A program made the position numbers and the translations under genes. Under the pieces are notes generated by a model. It saw only the letters and a list, made by a program, of their open reading frames with translations. It did no database searches and was not told the origin of the DNA. From Lophium mytilinum (lineage: Eukaryota), in assembly GCA_010093605.1 (NCBI GenBank), contig MU004184.1, forward strand, positions 1,622,801 through 1,686,800: DNA of 64,000 nucleotides, given 5' to 3'. Positions 48,620 through 62,898 of this stretch are shown here, in pieces. The first letter of the stretch is position 1. Each line of letters begins with the position of its first letter.

Positions 48620-49792
48620 CTAGTCTGTCCCTCCGCTTGTGATTCTACGACCATATCGGGTATATAGCTTAGTGAGGAGCTCCCGCGCGATCAGGCCTCG
48701 CTCGAAGGACGTTCGGGGATCAAACTTCGGACCAGAGTATGGAAATGAGACAGTCCCTGTGAAGTCGGTCTGCCCCTTTTCATAGAAGTTCAGTGAAAAG
48801 CTCTCTGCCTTCTTCAACATCTCTCTCAAACATGCACCGATGGGCTCGCCTCTCTCTTCCGCTTGCGCGGCCCAGCTCCATAACGATGGGTCGTGGAAGT
48901 CAACGCCGTCCTTGCGCGGGAGGATCTGCGCGTTGAATAGCAGATGACGCACGATTTGCATATTGCATCCATGATCGATGACTGCAGCCTGGATGAAGTC
49001 GGTTGATAGTGCGTTCCCTACGCCCAACAGAACGGCAAGGGCTGCGACAGCTCGTTCATTTCCTTCTTGGATGGCCTGGTGAAGCCCTTGCCTTGCCGTC
49101 TCTCCTGCCATCGAGCCCGCCCAATCAATCTCGCCATGAAAGCAGACCAAAACATACAGAAGATCCGCCTTGGCCGTAGTCCAAGGTCCGCAAAGTAGTC
49201 GGTCAGGAATGGCAAATCCTTCGGCGAACCCTAGATAGTCAATCTTGCATAGCTTGTATGGCCACAATCCGTCGAGGTAGCTTGGGTCTGGAGCTTGGAT
49301 TCCGGTGTCGCCCCATCCACTCGCTTCTGAATTTCGTTTGAGAAGAGTATAGGCTCTCTCCGCATAGCTGAGGAAGAACGGCCATGAGAAGAAACGGCAA
49401 GCTAGGAGCTCTGATTGGAGGGTTACGGGGGGGTTTTGATCGCCACGCGTTTCGAAGAAGGCTTTGATACAAAATCGAATGCGGATGTTCTGTGAAGAGA
49501 GCTTGGCACCGAGTAGTGAAGAGCTCCGGGGTAATGCAATATTCATGCTATGGAGAAAGATGATTTCTAGAAGCTCCTGGGGAATGCCCTGGAGAGAAGG
49601 TTTCGCTGCCTCGGCCATCTTCCTGGAACGGTTTCTTGCTCTCTGCTGTCGTAGTTGTGACGGGAACTCCAATACCTGCCGCTTCACAGGCCGAGGAGCG
49701 TCGCTTCGAGCAGAGTTGTCGGAAGATGCCAGCTGCGATGGTGCCCTTCGCTTGGTGCGTTTCCCCCGGACGTTGATCGGGGTGAGGGCCAT
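48620..49792 (-). CDS. Conserved fungal hypothetical protein (possible F-box-like N-terminal segment)
   Basis: Uninterrupted ORF. It is open to 49846, but MALTPINVRGKR at 49792 looks the likelier start. Contains SLQGIPQELLEIIFLHS and is divergent from the next gene. Confidence 0.7.
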   Translation of the reverse strand: MALTPINVRGKRTKRRAPSQLASSDNSARSDAPRPVKRQVLEFPSQLRQQRARNRSRKMAEAAKPSLQGIPQELLEIIFLHSMNIALPRSSSLLGAKLSSQNIRIRFCIKAFFETRGDQNPPVTLQSELLACRFFSWPFFLSYAERAYTLLKRNSEASGWGDTGIQAPDPSYLDGLWPYKLCKIDYLGFAEGFAIPDRLLCGPWTTAKADLLYVLVCFHGEIDWAGSMAGETARQGLHQAIQEGNERAVAALAVLLGVGNALSTDFIQAAVIDHGCNMQIVRHLLFNAQILPRKDGVDFHDPSLWSWAAQAEERGEPIGACLREMLKKAESFSLNFYEKGQTDFTGTVSFPYSGPKFDPRTSFERGLIARELLTKLYTRYGRRITSGGTD

Positions 49793-50013
49793 GTATAGAC
49801 AACTGGTGCCTGGGAGGCGTCGTCTCGCAAGGATTAGCGGTTCCATTGCGAGTGGAGGTGAATCTTGCCGGTGGCGCTGGCCTAAACCCGAAGCTGTGAG
49901 AACGGCCTTGGCGCGGAGATTCGTTCTTCCTCTCCAAACAAAACATCCCAGCTGAACTTCACTTCATCAACCTCGCGGCCGACACCGTTTAATCTGTCGC
50001 GTTACTCTCTACC

Positions 50014-51365
50014 ATGCAGGTCCACGCCGTCCCGGATGCTGAGCGCGTACACGACTCTCTTGGGCGTCAGCTCCCCTGGGGTTTCGAATATGCGGAGTGA
50101 GTTAAAACGTGCAATTCTACACCAACAACTTCAGGATAGCTAACATGTTTCTGTCGCGACGTAGCTCCGATCACAACCAGCGTCGCATACCCGAAGAGAA
50201 GGGCCCTTTCGGCAAGTCGACGAGAGGCAGGCTGGGCAAGTCACGAACCAAAACAGCAACGCCTGCGCGAACTGTCGACCAAGCGAAGCTAGAGAACTTG
50301 CGCGCTATCGACGACATATTCAACGCCTTCAAGAACGAGCCCAAGAATAAAGAGAGCCAGACAAGTCCAAGGAAACCAGGCGGAGGTCTTGTGGCTTCAC
50401 AATCGGCGCCAAACCTCGACATCGGCGGAGCCATCGCTGCGGGTAGTGCTCAACAGACAGTCTCCACAGAGCCGACGCCTGTGATTCTGTACGGCTACGG
50501 GAGCGACCTGCAATGGGCAGCGATTGACCACTATGAGAAGGTGTCTAACGGGTTTATCTATGAGGAATACGATCGCACCCCTATGCAGCAGAGATACAAC
50601 CTCTCTCTGAGTCTGCATCGGTCAGCCGCGCAACGAAGTCTCGCCAAGGAAGCCCTCCGGGACACTAACAAGTTCGTTGGAGGCTATCACTGGATCAAAG
50701 TCACCTTCGATTCGCCAGAGTCCGCAGAGCGTGCCTGTCACTATTCACCGCACGTAATCCATGGATACCAGGTTCATGCAGAGAGATATAGAGGGACTGG
50801 ACCAAACGCGGATGTTGCTTTCCCGGCCACCAGTGGGCTTCTCTCCTCGCAAACTAGTTCGCCGAATCCGTCATCAACGACACTCCTTGCGGCATCACAA
50901 TCACAGACCTCCGAGACTGCGTCATCCGCGACAGCAACCGCATCGATACCAGCTTCCACCGTTCAAAATACCGCCAGTCGAAGTGTTGCAGGCGCTAGAG
51001 CGGGGTTGGTACTGGGAAACCGAAATCAGGCCGCTGAACCGGCAGGCGCTGTTGCCTCAGGCACGCAACGGGAACCAGCCCGGCAGCCCACCCTCCGGAT
51101 CAAAAGTGCCAAACTAGGGAAGATGTTGCCAGCCGATCAAGCTGTCCTTCCAGCGGCTCCTCTCTGGCAACAGACGATGAGAAGTGTCCCCGTGCTCGGA
51201 TGGGTGTTTGGCAGCGGACATGAAATTATTGGCAATCAAGTGCCGCGTAAGGCGGATGGGGGCTTCGACTCCGATGGCGCCAGCGTCTACTGGAAGTTCT
51301 GGTACATGATCGACTCTTGCTTTGGGACTGACTTCTGTGGCGTTCGGGGTGATGAAGATGATTAA
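50014..51365 (+). CDS. Nup53/Nup35-type RRM nucleoporin-like protein (one intron near 50096-50164)
   Basis: MQVHAVPDAERVHDSLGRQLPWGFEYA spliced to the long ORF; VILYGYG...GGYHWIKVTFDSPESAERAC resembles the Nup35 RRM; aromatic amphipathic C-terminus. Confidence 0.7.
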
Positions 51366-54300
51366 AGATCCACTCTCGAGATCTGGGAGTTACGGATTGG
51401 CTCGGAACAGCTGTGGGTTGGCTTGGAAGGTTTTGCATTGTGGCATGGCATGGCGTTTCTGGCATATGTGTATTTGAACGACACATTGACATCTCGAAAT
51501 CTCTTTGACTCCAAGGTTCCAAGCGTTTGGGCTACACTGCGGGCCACCATACTTCAAAATACCCGCTTCATTTTGTATACATTAGCATGGAAACAAAACA
51601 CATACAAGACTTTTCTGTCCACTGCAGACGCATTAAAGTAAGTCGAGGTACGCATGACAGTAGTCAGAAGCTTTGGCCATATCTCAGACAACGTCCTGCC
51701 TTCCTTCCTCCCCAATGCCTCCAGCCCCACCTTGATCTGGTTCCTCATCCCTCGCAGCCTCCAATTCTTCGACTCGCTTCCCCATCGCTACTCTCGCCTC
51801 CTCAAACCATTCTAAGTCGCCTCATACCTCGTCTTGTGATTCTCCTCTTGTATCTCAATCTCGCACTTCAGCGCTTGCGTGTCGCTCTTCAGTACGTCGA
51901 CGGCCCACTTGGCGTCACTCTCACGTGCGTACCATATGGTTAGGAAGAGGTTTGTTTCTTTCTTGGGGTGCAAGACAGAATGCTTGCAGTCGCAGTGGAG
52001 GCAGTCTATCTCTTCGTGTAGAAGAGCTTGGGCATCGTTGTTTCCATTCACAGCTTGACGTCTTTGAAAGAATTTTAGGTGGGCTACGGGTGCACTGGTG
52101 CAAGTACTAATCAAAAGGATGAATAATATCCATCATTACCTCCCATCGAACTCTTTGTGGCTGTTGTTCCATGTGCCTTAGTAGCTACCAGAGCCAGCTT
52201 ATTTTAGGATAGGAGCAGAGGTGCGAAAGAGGTTGCTTTGTTGTTCGTTCTAGACGAGGCCGGTATTGCTCAAGAGGAGACCCCATATGAAGCTCGTTTC
52301 TATCCTGAAACATTTGAAACTGAAACATTTAACGCAAACGGATCCGGCCAACTGCATCCAAGACTCGATATAAACTACTGTGATTTGCTGGAGGAAGCTA
52401 GAATTCCTATCGACCTCTATCTCTTGAACGGTGTATCTAATCTAGTTTGCTTCAGTAATCCGTTGGGAGTAGTATCGTATATTCGGACATTCTTACACAT
52501 TTGAGCTCCTATCGGCTTCGATCTCATATAAAAACTTACTTGTGTCGTAGACCCTTGGATAGTGGCAGACCGTAACTAGTACGCCAACCCTCTGATAGTG
52601 TTAAAAGAGTTGAACATGTTGCCACCTTGGCTCGTCCCTGACCTAGGTACCAGTGTTGTCGACCGAAATCGCTACATCTAACCGGCGCCTGTCCCCTATC
52701 TCCGCATCCACACCGCCATGAACCTATCGATCTGAGGTGCAAATGCAGCCAATAGGGTGAGCCCAACGACAGTAGTGACACACACGCCTTGGATGACACG
52801 CAGAATTTTGACGGCGATTGCTTCAACGGCTCTACCAACGATACAGTAGCGTATGAGAAACGCCCAGGGGCTAGGATCCATATGTGACTAGATGATCCAG
52901 TTGAGACGAGGGTAGGGATGGCGGACGAGGATGCCGCCGTGACGCAGGGTGCCTATGAAAACATACGGCATGGTAGTAGTGAGCGGAGGCAAGATGGATG
53001 AGGTAGTGGTTTCGAAAGACGTAATGGCGTGTGTCATGTAGCAAGAAACAGAGAAAAGTCGTACGTGCTCGTATTGCTGTCAATGAGGAAGATGTACAAG
53101 ATAGGGAGATATCTAAAGGAAGGTAAGGTGATACACAATAGGGCGCCGTGCACCTTCCGTGTCAGTGACTGCTCCTACGTAACAACCTGTGTAGACAACT
53201 AGATATTAGTCTTTTCATGAGTAACTAGAAGTTCGAGGCTCAATTTTCTTTAACTCCCGCACGTGCACGCGCCCGGTCTTTGTTTACTGATACCGTGAAG
53301 TCCTGTTCCAACATCTAGCACCTAGATATACCGGCATTGTAGCCAGGGGATTGTAATTTCAAGACCGTAAGGTATAGACTCTTCAAGTTATTCTGATAGA
53401 ATCGAGAAGGCCCATAATTTTCACAGACGCAACTACGCTCTAGTGCAAGATACAGAGAGATTGCAAGTGAGAACTAAACTACAAACTCATTTGATTTGTA
53501 CGTACTCCAGCTGCAAAAGTCCTATAACCCTACTCACGACTTACCATACTGGCCCTAAAGTAAGCCTGTATCTTCTTAGGAGCGGTTGATTTGACATGTG
53601 ACTACCACGGTGTCTTGAGTTGGTCCGAAGCTGGACTCATCACTCCTATCCGTACTGCAGCCCACTTTCAATATGAGGAAGATTACTGTTCTGGCCTTGT
53701 GTTCGTGGCCTTGAACTATGAATCCATCTTACTATCTTGTATGCTTGACCATTGAGCGACGCCTACCTTCATCAACACTGAAGTCGAACCCGTCAAGCTT
53801 TCCCCCAACAGCTCCAGAGACCCACTGAACCTCGCAAGACTCCTTACTTGCACCGAAGGCAGATTTTTGCAGCATTACTCTGTCCCGGGGGACTTTGCGC
53901 CAGTATTAATACGCATTGGAGATCAGCATCTCAGAAGCTCCTCCACAACTACTCTTCCCAGACACGCTCTCAGGTACATAACAAGGACCTTCACTCATGC
54001 TCGCTGGGGATGGAGATGAGTAGACAAGGTCCTCAACCTCATTGAGAACGTTGGTGTTCGCGACAACGTGCCGAACCCAGCCCCGGCTATATCTGGTAAG
54101 TTATCGAATTTCCAGTGCCACGAGCCAGCCAGCCAGCCCCTGAAAGCCTTCAGAATCATATTTGCTTGACTGAAAGCCGTTTCTAAGATCAATTAGCCCT
54201 CGTCAGAAAGTACGGTGTGTCAGTTCTCTCATGAGGCGGTGACTGCTCTAGTCATTGTCAGTGACCCCAAGGCCGCCCATACGAAGCACTACGAGCGAGA

Positions 54301-57300
54301 TATCCCCGCCGATACCGCTTCAACAACCTGTTTTTTGCGGAAGAGATCTGCACCATATCCCCATCTCGATGCGCTGCATCCCCGGTACAAGGACATGCAG
54401 CAAAACCACGAGTCGGCCGCATCCAGAGCCCACAACGCGCGACTCCGGTACCCGCTCAAACCCGCTCAAGACCGCCTCCAGAGCCCCATTCGGGTCCTCT
54501 ATCACGTTCCCACACGCTCGCACGTGGCGCCTATCTGACTCGGGCTGAGACCACCGCTTCTCTGCACCATCTGTCACAAAGAGTCAGTGGGAATGCCGGC
54601 TGCAGCCATCCCGCGCTACGGCCATGCAAGAATCCCACATCCCGGCTTCCAGGTCCTTGTCACAGTAGTGTGAAGGCCAAGGTTGAAGAAGCATGCCTGA
54701 GGCTTTCTAGCACGGTTATTGCCGCGGGCACTGTGCGACTGCTGACCCACCCCGGCCCTGGAAACCCCACATTCAACGCCAGTTCCGGACAATCATACTC
54801 GTCTATACCTGTTGCGTTGGTAGTCAGTGTGAGGTGCTAACTACGTACCCGCAGACCGTCGGCCGTTGCATGTGGAGTGGGCTAGGTTAGCTCTAACGGC
54901 GCTGGTGTTGCATGCATCAATACTTCTGTGAAAGTGTTCGTTCATCCAGCTGCTAAAAGAGGGTTGACAAAGGAGGTTGATCAATGTAGTCCTCTGGCTC
55001 TTTACTGGAACCAACATTTGTTCGAAGCCAAGCTGCAAGGTGATGCGGTATCAGCCTGCCGAGAGGCGAAGAAAGCTTCGGAATCTCCTCGATGTAGCGA
55101 GTTGGCCGTCGAGGACTGGCGCGGCTAAGAGTTCCGACGAACCAAAGACGCAGGGCCGGGAGGTGCGTTTCAGAGGCATGACAGCGGCAGGTGCCGAAAC
55201 GGCAGGTCAAATGTCCTGTCGAGGCGAGCAAAGGGGATGATCCGACAAGTGGGCAGCCGAAGGGTCCAGTGGCAACTGCGTGCGAGGTTCACGATCGGGT
55301 CTCTGCCGCCTTTCGGGTGAGGACAAGGAGAAATGTGGAGTGGGTATGCGCAGGGGGTCCCGCCGGGATACAGTCGAGGCGAGTTGGTTTTCAGGTTCCG
55401 TCATGATGCTCGATGATCGACTTTGGCTGAGGGGGATTTGCCGGGCGAATCTGCTCACCTACATATGTAGTGCCGGATGAGACAGACTAAACAGTTATTC
55501 CCGTGGTGTTTCTCGCAAGGCCGCCTACAAGGGACAAGGGAATAAGGCTCTAGAAGGTACTGCGAACGGAGAGTGCCTGTCGGGCGATAGACAGGTCATA
55601 ACATCGCTGGTTATTCTTACCGTCAACGAGCTTGTCGTCATTTCACATCTTACAACAGTTGAGGCCGTGGTAGCTGGAGTACCTATGTAGAAACTCACTA
55701 GAATACCGAGTCAGACTCTATACTGGTGGGACTAACAAAAAGCACTGATCTTCCCGTTAGGTGAAGACCCGCGCACTGGCTATTCGATTGACATCGTAAC
55801 TTGACTAACGTTCAAGACATAAGCACATGTTGGCATGTTCATGAGAATGCTTCGAATACTGTTCCCTCGGTAGATGATAAGTAGAAATCTGTGTATCCTA
55901 TCCTTGCGTGAGCGCGTGCGTAGATCTCCAGGTCAAGCATATGCGTGCAAGTGCTAGAAATTGAAAATCTTCCGGCGAATGGATGAACTGGCAGTCAGAA
56001 CATCGTATGATTCCTGGGGCTAGCCTGCGCACAGGGGGCAATAGTGCTTTGCCGCCCAGAGCGCCGTCCCCACGGCTGCATCCCGAAAGGCAATGCAGCT
56101 GCAAGATGCGCTGCAACATACTGGCGGCCGAGCCAGGCAGCCGGGACTTGATAGTTGCATTTGCCGCTGAAAGCATTCCTCAGTATTGCTCGGATGCTTC
56201 CGGGGAATCAGGCACGTAGCGGGTCGTGCATTTTCCTTTCAGCGATCCAAACTAGAGGATCCAGGCGGTTGTCAGCGAAAGGGGCTACAACGCCGAGCAC
56301 AGCGATGCAACCGAAGTTGCGCCAAACAAATGCTCTGCCGTTGCCGCCACCTGCAAGACGAAGGACCTCATCTCCATGGAGCGAAGGCCTCCTGCACTTT
56401 CAAGGGTATGCGCACCCACCGAGGGGACAGATGACGCGGAACTGATGTGTCGACAGACAGACAGCCCCAGCATCAGGTGCCAGCACCAGGCGAGACGTCT
56501 GACATACCTTGTGAAAATCTGATGTTCTCATGGACTCGCATAGAGATCTGCTGGGAGCAGCCATCCAGCAACAGCATTGGGCACACCCACGGGGATTCGA
56601 CGGCCAGGTAGATGATCGTGAGATCACGATCGACCACCCTCTCACCCTGCGAAGTGCTACCTTCATAACGAACGTAAATAGTATAGGTAATAGTAATATG
56701 CCGAAGCTGAAGGCTGCCGTGCCGATATTATTTTCGTAAAGCACTTCGGCGACACGCATCCGCAGGCAGTGAATTCGTGTTGCCCCAAGAGGGCCGAAAT
56801 TTCAGCGAGACAGGCCGATAGCCATACGTAGAGCACGATGCGGCTTGTCATGTACCCGGCAGAGGCATGCGACGTATCGACGGCACATCACTTTGCTGTT
56901 AAGTCTAAGCAGTAGGGCCCGCGTTGAGCTCAGGGAGGGGACGGCGCCTCTCATTGTGGAAGCGGAGTGGAGGCACCCACTCCGGATAATATGAGGCTTG
57001 GCCCGACATACGGCTCACAGAAGTCGAAGCCCCAGCCGAGTCGATGCCGGCGGCCGTGGGGGATGGATCTACGTCAGCCGTTCACTGAACCCTTGTTGCA
57101 ACGCAATAATACCACGGCCTAAGACCCATAAACGGTATCATATGGCATGGGGTCCCGCAGCCCTGAAGCCGTTTCGCTAGTTGGGTTACGCTCAGCGCTG
57201 TCAACCCGAATCCGTCAGCCGTTGGCGCTAGGGTTCCCGTTCAGGCTCTGTGCCGCTTCCTTTTGGCAGACTTTGCTCTCTTTCCTGCCTCCACCCATGG

Positions 57301-60300
57301 TGTGTGATGGGTTCAAGGGTTGGCGCCGCGTCGCTTGTGTCCCCGGTACTGGTTCAATTATCGCAGCCAATTCAGAGCACACGTCGCTTGCTAACCTCTA
57401 TTTTTACTCTACCGCATAGACTTCGAATGCGGGGCCGGAGAGATAGAAGTCCCCGGGAGAAAGCCAGGATTGAGAGCCCGACATCACATGTCTGTCGTGT
57501 GGTAAGAGCCGTACAGATCTGATTCATGGGGATTCGAGACGTGAAGAGCACGGCCTCGAGCAAAGGATCGGCCTCACACGCTCATGTGGCATGGCATCCC
57601 CAGAGGCTAGGGCGGCAGCCAGCTGATCAGCCAGGACTAAAGCATTGCTTTATGCGAGGCTAGAAGGTCATTGGCTGACACACGACGGCCACACGAGACG
57701 GTCCAGGTGGCCCGCACTAAGTGCTATCGAGAGAGAGGGCTGAATCATGACGAGTGTGCGACACCACTGCGACGGAGACCACCAAGAGCGTCTTCAAAAC
57801 TGTGGGTAATATGGAGTGTTGTGTCTGAGTCGTTTTCTGAGCTCTTCCATGTACGTTATGCACGTGCTTTACGAGGATGCTGGCGATTGGAGCGTCTTCC
57901 GGCTGCTGCCAGCATAGTGGAGAGCCTCATGGCGGGTTAGATCAACAAGGTGGTCAGAGCCGCGTGCAATATAGAAAATTGGTATGAGTTTACAATGATT
58001 TGCTTGGGCAAGGAGCTGAAGTGCAGGCCGAGAAAACATCGTAATCATGCGCGGCAGGGTCATGTAACCCAAAGAACCAAAAGGGAAGCTATGAGATAGG
58101 AAATGGAGGGTGACACGGATACTTCTGGAATTTTCAGATTGCCGTGCATGCATCTTGCTTGCATCAACGTAGCCTAAAGAGGCGCTGGCTGCCAGGTCAG
58201 CCTCACTCTCGGGGGCACTCTCCTTTGAGCTGGACATGAATAAGTTTCAGAATGAAGGGCATTGGGATCATGCGCCCAAGCGACGAGACCCCCGCACATA
58301 CTGTATGTAAAGGCCATTGTCGCCAGAACAGGCGGGACAAGGACATGGCTGCGAGAATATGATGTACGGATGACAGCGTCGAACGTAGCCGATAGTCGCC
58401 AAGCATCAGGCGGCCGTAGGAAGCCTCCTCTGGCAGTGGAACAAAACCACGGTGCTTGCAGATGCCATGCGAAAAGGGCATTGGTGACGGCCCGGGGTGG
58501 CTGTCGCCGTGTAACGGTGAAGGAAGAGGCGTCTTTGCTGTAGGGCTCGCTCGTGCGGCTTCGATCCCGGAGGGACAGACAGGGCCATGGCCAGACGTCA
58601 AGCAATTGGAACCGGGATCGGCGACGACGCAACGTGCGTGCAAGCGAGCCAGAGATGGCGGGAGAGGAGCAGGGGAGAAGTGACAGGCTGGGCTGGATCC
58701 TGGGCAACCAGGGGCCGCGGGCTCTTCCAGGATGCCCCATGGTCGTGCTGAGGTCGCGGGGTGAAGCAGATCGCAGCTCTGCTTCTGCTGTGGGAGCCAA
58801 TCGGGACCGTGCTAACTGGCATGCACCAGGTGTGTCCGATCGGTTCAATTTAACTACGTCCCCAGGGGCGGTTCAAAGCACTGGCCCAAAGTGCTGCTTT
58901 GTTGAGCACTCGCAGCGCAAATTGGAGCAGCAGGCATCGCTAGCAACTGTCAGGAGGCATCGCGAGGGTGCTCCACTGTGCTAGCCATAACGTGGCAAGA
59001 AGTCCGGAATAGAACTGTGAATAGGGGCAATGGATGTTGTTTGACTGTACGAAGACTCACCAAGATACGCAGACCTCCAGCAGGACGTCCAGCCTTGGAA
59101 GGAGGGCTCGTTGCAGGTGGGTTCCAAGGTTGGCTACACTGGGTGACTGGGCAGAATTACTTTTGCTGCTTTTTGACTTTATTCGCGCCAAGCGCCTCAT
59201 GTTTCCGAACCTGGGGCCAATCACTGAAATGCGCTTCAATGTCCGCTGGACAGACACGAAAACTCGTGCTGCGCCTGCAGAGAAATGTGCCGAGGGTGCA
59301 TCTGGTGTGAGGTTTGCAGCGACGAAGGCACGCGAAAGCACGCGGCTGCTTTGAGACAACACGGCCCGGCCTGGCGACGATGCTCGATGCTGGCCGACGG
59401 CGAAGGCTGCAGATGAGCGACCGAGTGGCCCGGCGCCGGCGAGCAGGCCCACGCCGCACAGTCGTCAACGCTGAAGCCGGGTAGGGGTCCACGCCAGGAT
59501 CGCGCGAATCCGCACGTCCCACGCAGCCATGGCAGCTCCTTCGCCTGCCCAGGTGCGCGTTGATTCAGCATTGCATGTGTGCTTCGGGGAGGCGGGTCGA
59601 GAGAGCGGGAGGTGACGATTCTCATCCAGGACAACGCCCTCGCCTCCAGACGCCTGCCCAGACGCCCGCCGGTAGTGGAGGTTGCACGAGCGATGACATG
59701 ACGGGGCTTCTAGACGCCTTCGGCTTGGGGAAGCAGCCGAACGATCGCCCTCTGCCGCTCCACCTGGCACCGTCGTCAAGCTGCGTGAGCTGCCACGTCC
59801 ATCCTTGCGGCCCCCAGCCGTCGCCGTCAACTCTCCCGGCAGATCATGCACACCAAGACCTCCCCTGCCCGAAATGGCCGCTCCCTCGGGCGAGCACCGC
59901 AGTTCGACAAGAAGGCTGCCCTCTCTTTCTCATCTGCATCTGCCCCCTCTGCACCACCACTGGGCTCTTTCTTTGCTCGCGGCCAGACCTGCGGCCACTC
60001 TCCGCCCTACCTGTCCTGTCGGGTGCCAGCAAGCGATGCTGCAGGAGGCTGTCATCTCCACCGCCCGCCGCAGTGAGTGTGGTCGTATCCGGGAGCCCGG
60101 GACAAGTCTTTCTCTGGACATCGTGCGACAGCCATCCCATGTCACGAGAGCCGCTCTTCAGAACAGCGCCCTTTGATGTCCCTGGATTAATCTCCTGCCC
60201 CGCCTATCACGCCCACGCGCCACGCGAACGGCGGCGTCATTGGATGGGCCTCGAGGATCTGATATCACCCGTGTTGAAGGCTGAGCGGCCGCGGGTAGCT

Positions 60301-62898
60301 CGGCGACGCTGACGAGGCCGACGATGGGCTGCCGATGGCCGCCACCTATGAGAATAGACTCGAATAGCGGCGACGGCTGACTGCTAGGCTGCTGACTGCG
60401 GATGAGCGACAAGATGATGGCTGATGGCGCGGGAGGATCCGGTTGCCGGGGTCGTCGACGGTGCGGTGCACTCTGGGAATCGGCGGCGACCCGCTGTATC
60501 GACGATGCTGTATCGACGATGCTGTGCCGCAGTGGTGCCGCGAGGAATGTGAATCGGCGCGAGGATGCAGAGATGTGGCGCTTTGCAGCAAAAGAGCATC
60601 GCTGTGGCATCGTCATCAGAGCTTGCGGGCGGCCATGGGAGAATGGGGAGAGATTCCGTGGTCTCGGAGGCCCTGGAAATCGACGCCTGATTATGGAGAC
60701 GCCTAGCTGCGACGCCTGATTCTGACACGGTGACTCGGCTCGGCCTCGGGCTCGCGCCGGGCTAGGAAGCTAGAAGTGCTAGTATTTCGAGGACCAAGGG
60801 ACGATTGCGGGAGGTCAGTGGTGACAACGCGCCAACGCCAACGCCAAACGTGGCTCCCAGGTTTTTTGATCGACCCGCCAGATCTCCTCCACACACAGCA
60901 GCGCCAAGGCCAGGTCGACAAGCCGCCATCCGCCCTCACGGGCATCGCATCATGCACGACGACTGCAAATCCACTGCAAATCCGCTGCAGTCACGACGCC
61001 CCCAAGCCCGCTGCAGATTGCTAAACTGGACTGCTGCTGCACGCACCGCGCCAGCCTCAATACGCTCACTCCCCGGCGGCCTGCTCCACTCTACTGGCTT
61101 CGTTCTTTTTGCTTCCCGCGCTTGCCTGTCCGCCTACGCCCTCGCTCCGCTCCCCCCAAGACCTCGCTGAAACGTATGGCCTCCGCAGACCCCATTTTCG
61201 GACGTAGTGCGACCTGCCGGCAAGGCCGCGGCGGGGGACATCGTGAGAGGCTCGCGGGCTGCTGATGAGGCACCACACTCCACCAGGCCGGGCAGCGAGT
61301 CAGAAGGGCGATGCGGCCACACAGTGAGACGACGTGCTGGCTCAGGCAACGCACCGGCGCCAGCGACGTGGAGAGACAGGCCGCCGCTGGACCATGGACG
61401 GAGCCGGCGTCCAACGCCGCCGCCCTTAGATCAGCCATGCGAAGATCGTCGTTGAGCGCCCTCGAGCCGTTCGCTCGGAGGTTTCCACTGGGCTGCTTGA
61501 CACAGCGCGATCAGCAGCCGGCGGCCCAGCGCGCTCGAATAGACTGCTTCTGCGGGCGATGGTGGGCGCCTCGCTCGCCTGGGAGCACGCTTTTCTGGCA
61601 CCCCTAGTAGAGCGGGACGCTTCGTCGTTGCTCGCACCCCAAAGGCGGCTGGCGCAGACTAAAGTGCCGTGTGTCCCTCGTCCTCTCCAGGCGACACGGC
61701 CCAGGACGGCAGCCAGGGTCCTTAAAGCGTGAGGCCTGTCTCTTCTGCTTCGGTCCCATCCATGCGTCCTCGCTGCTGAGCGCTGTCCCGTCGAACCACC
61801 TGCCCGCCTCCGTTTGCTCTCGCGCCTTGCCGGATCGCTGCATCGCTGCCACTACTGCTGCCGCTCGCCGTCTCGTCGTCGACCATCGCTGCTGTGTTCT
61901 TGCCAGACAGCCCGTCGGAGCATCTCACGTCGCACCGGTGTCGTGTCCCGTGCCCGTCACGTGCTACTCCGCTGCCTCAGGCGCCTGAAGATCATCGTCA
62001 CATCGTCAACCACCACCGCCGGCCATCACCAGCTCTCCGATCGAACCGTGGCCTGTGTCATTCGCGGGCTCGAGTCAACAGGGCCCTGGCCGACCTGTCC
62101 GACAGGCTCACGCAGCGTCAGGATTCAGCAGCAGCATCGCCCGTCACCATCCCATCCCATCCATCGCTAGTGCCGTCACGCACTCCGCACCCGCCCAGGA
62201 ATCGGCATCCCAGCGGCGCCCACCTCTGTCACTCTAACCGAGGACTTTATCCGTCACGCTGGACTCGTGGGAGCTTTGCCGCTGTGTCGCTCCGCCGGCC
62301 GCCCTCCTGGTCGATCTGCGGCGCATCACTGCCTGTCCTTGACGCGCCCCTGCTCGCGTCATTCCCCAAAGCGCTCGACAGCCGGCGCGGTATAGATTGC
62401 CCGGCCGGGGTGCTTGTGGATCTCCGTCCCTGCCCGAGAGACTGCTGGCCGCAGGGAGCACGCTGCTCCAACGCTTGTTGCGCCGCCTGTCTGCACTGCC
62501 GTTGCGAACGCTGAGCGCGGCCAATTCTCTTACAACGGGCCGCCCTCGCAACGTCGCGCAAGTGCCTATCGCGACCAGGGCCCTCGTCCAGCCCAAGTGC
62601 ACACCCTGTCCCAAGACCCACCCTGCTGGCAACCGTTTGGAGAGACGTACTTGAACCCTCACCAGGCCCGCTGCCCTGTCCCGCTGTCGCCGCATTAGCC
62701 TCCGCCACGGCTCGCAGACTGCTCCATATACTCCTCCTACGCCCACTCTTCACCGTCTTCAAGGCCGCCTCCCAGCCTACACGTCCCGCCTGTCTGCTGT
62801 CTGACCAGCGTTGTCTACTCTTCTTTCTCCTCTACTTTCCGCTCTGCTTCCCTCTCTGCTCCGCTCTCTGCCTCTCCCTCTGCTGCGATCTATGAGCG

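Noticed and set aside
52696..52881. 61-aa hydrophobic ORF (MDPSPWAFLIRY...)
   Set aside because: Plausible small membrane peptide, but no homology or splice support is visible.
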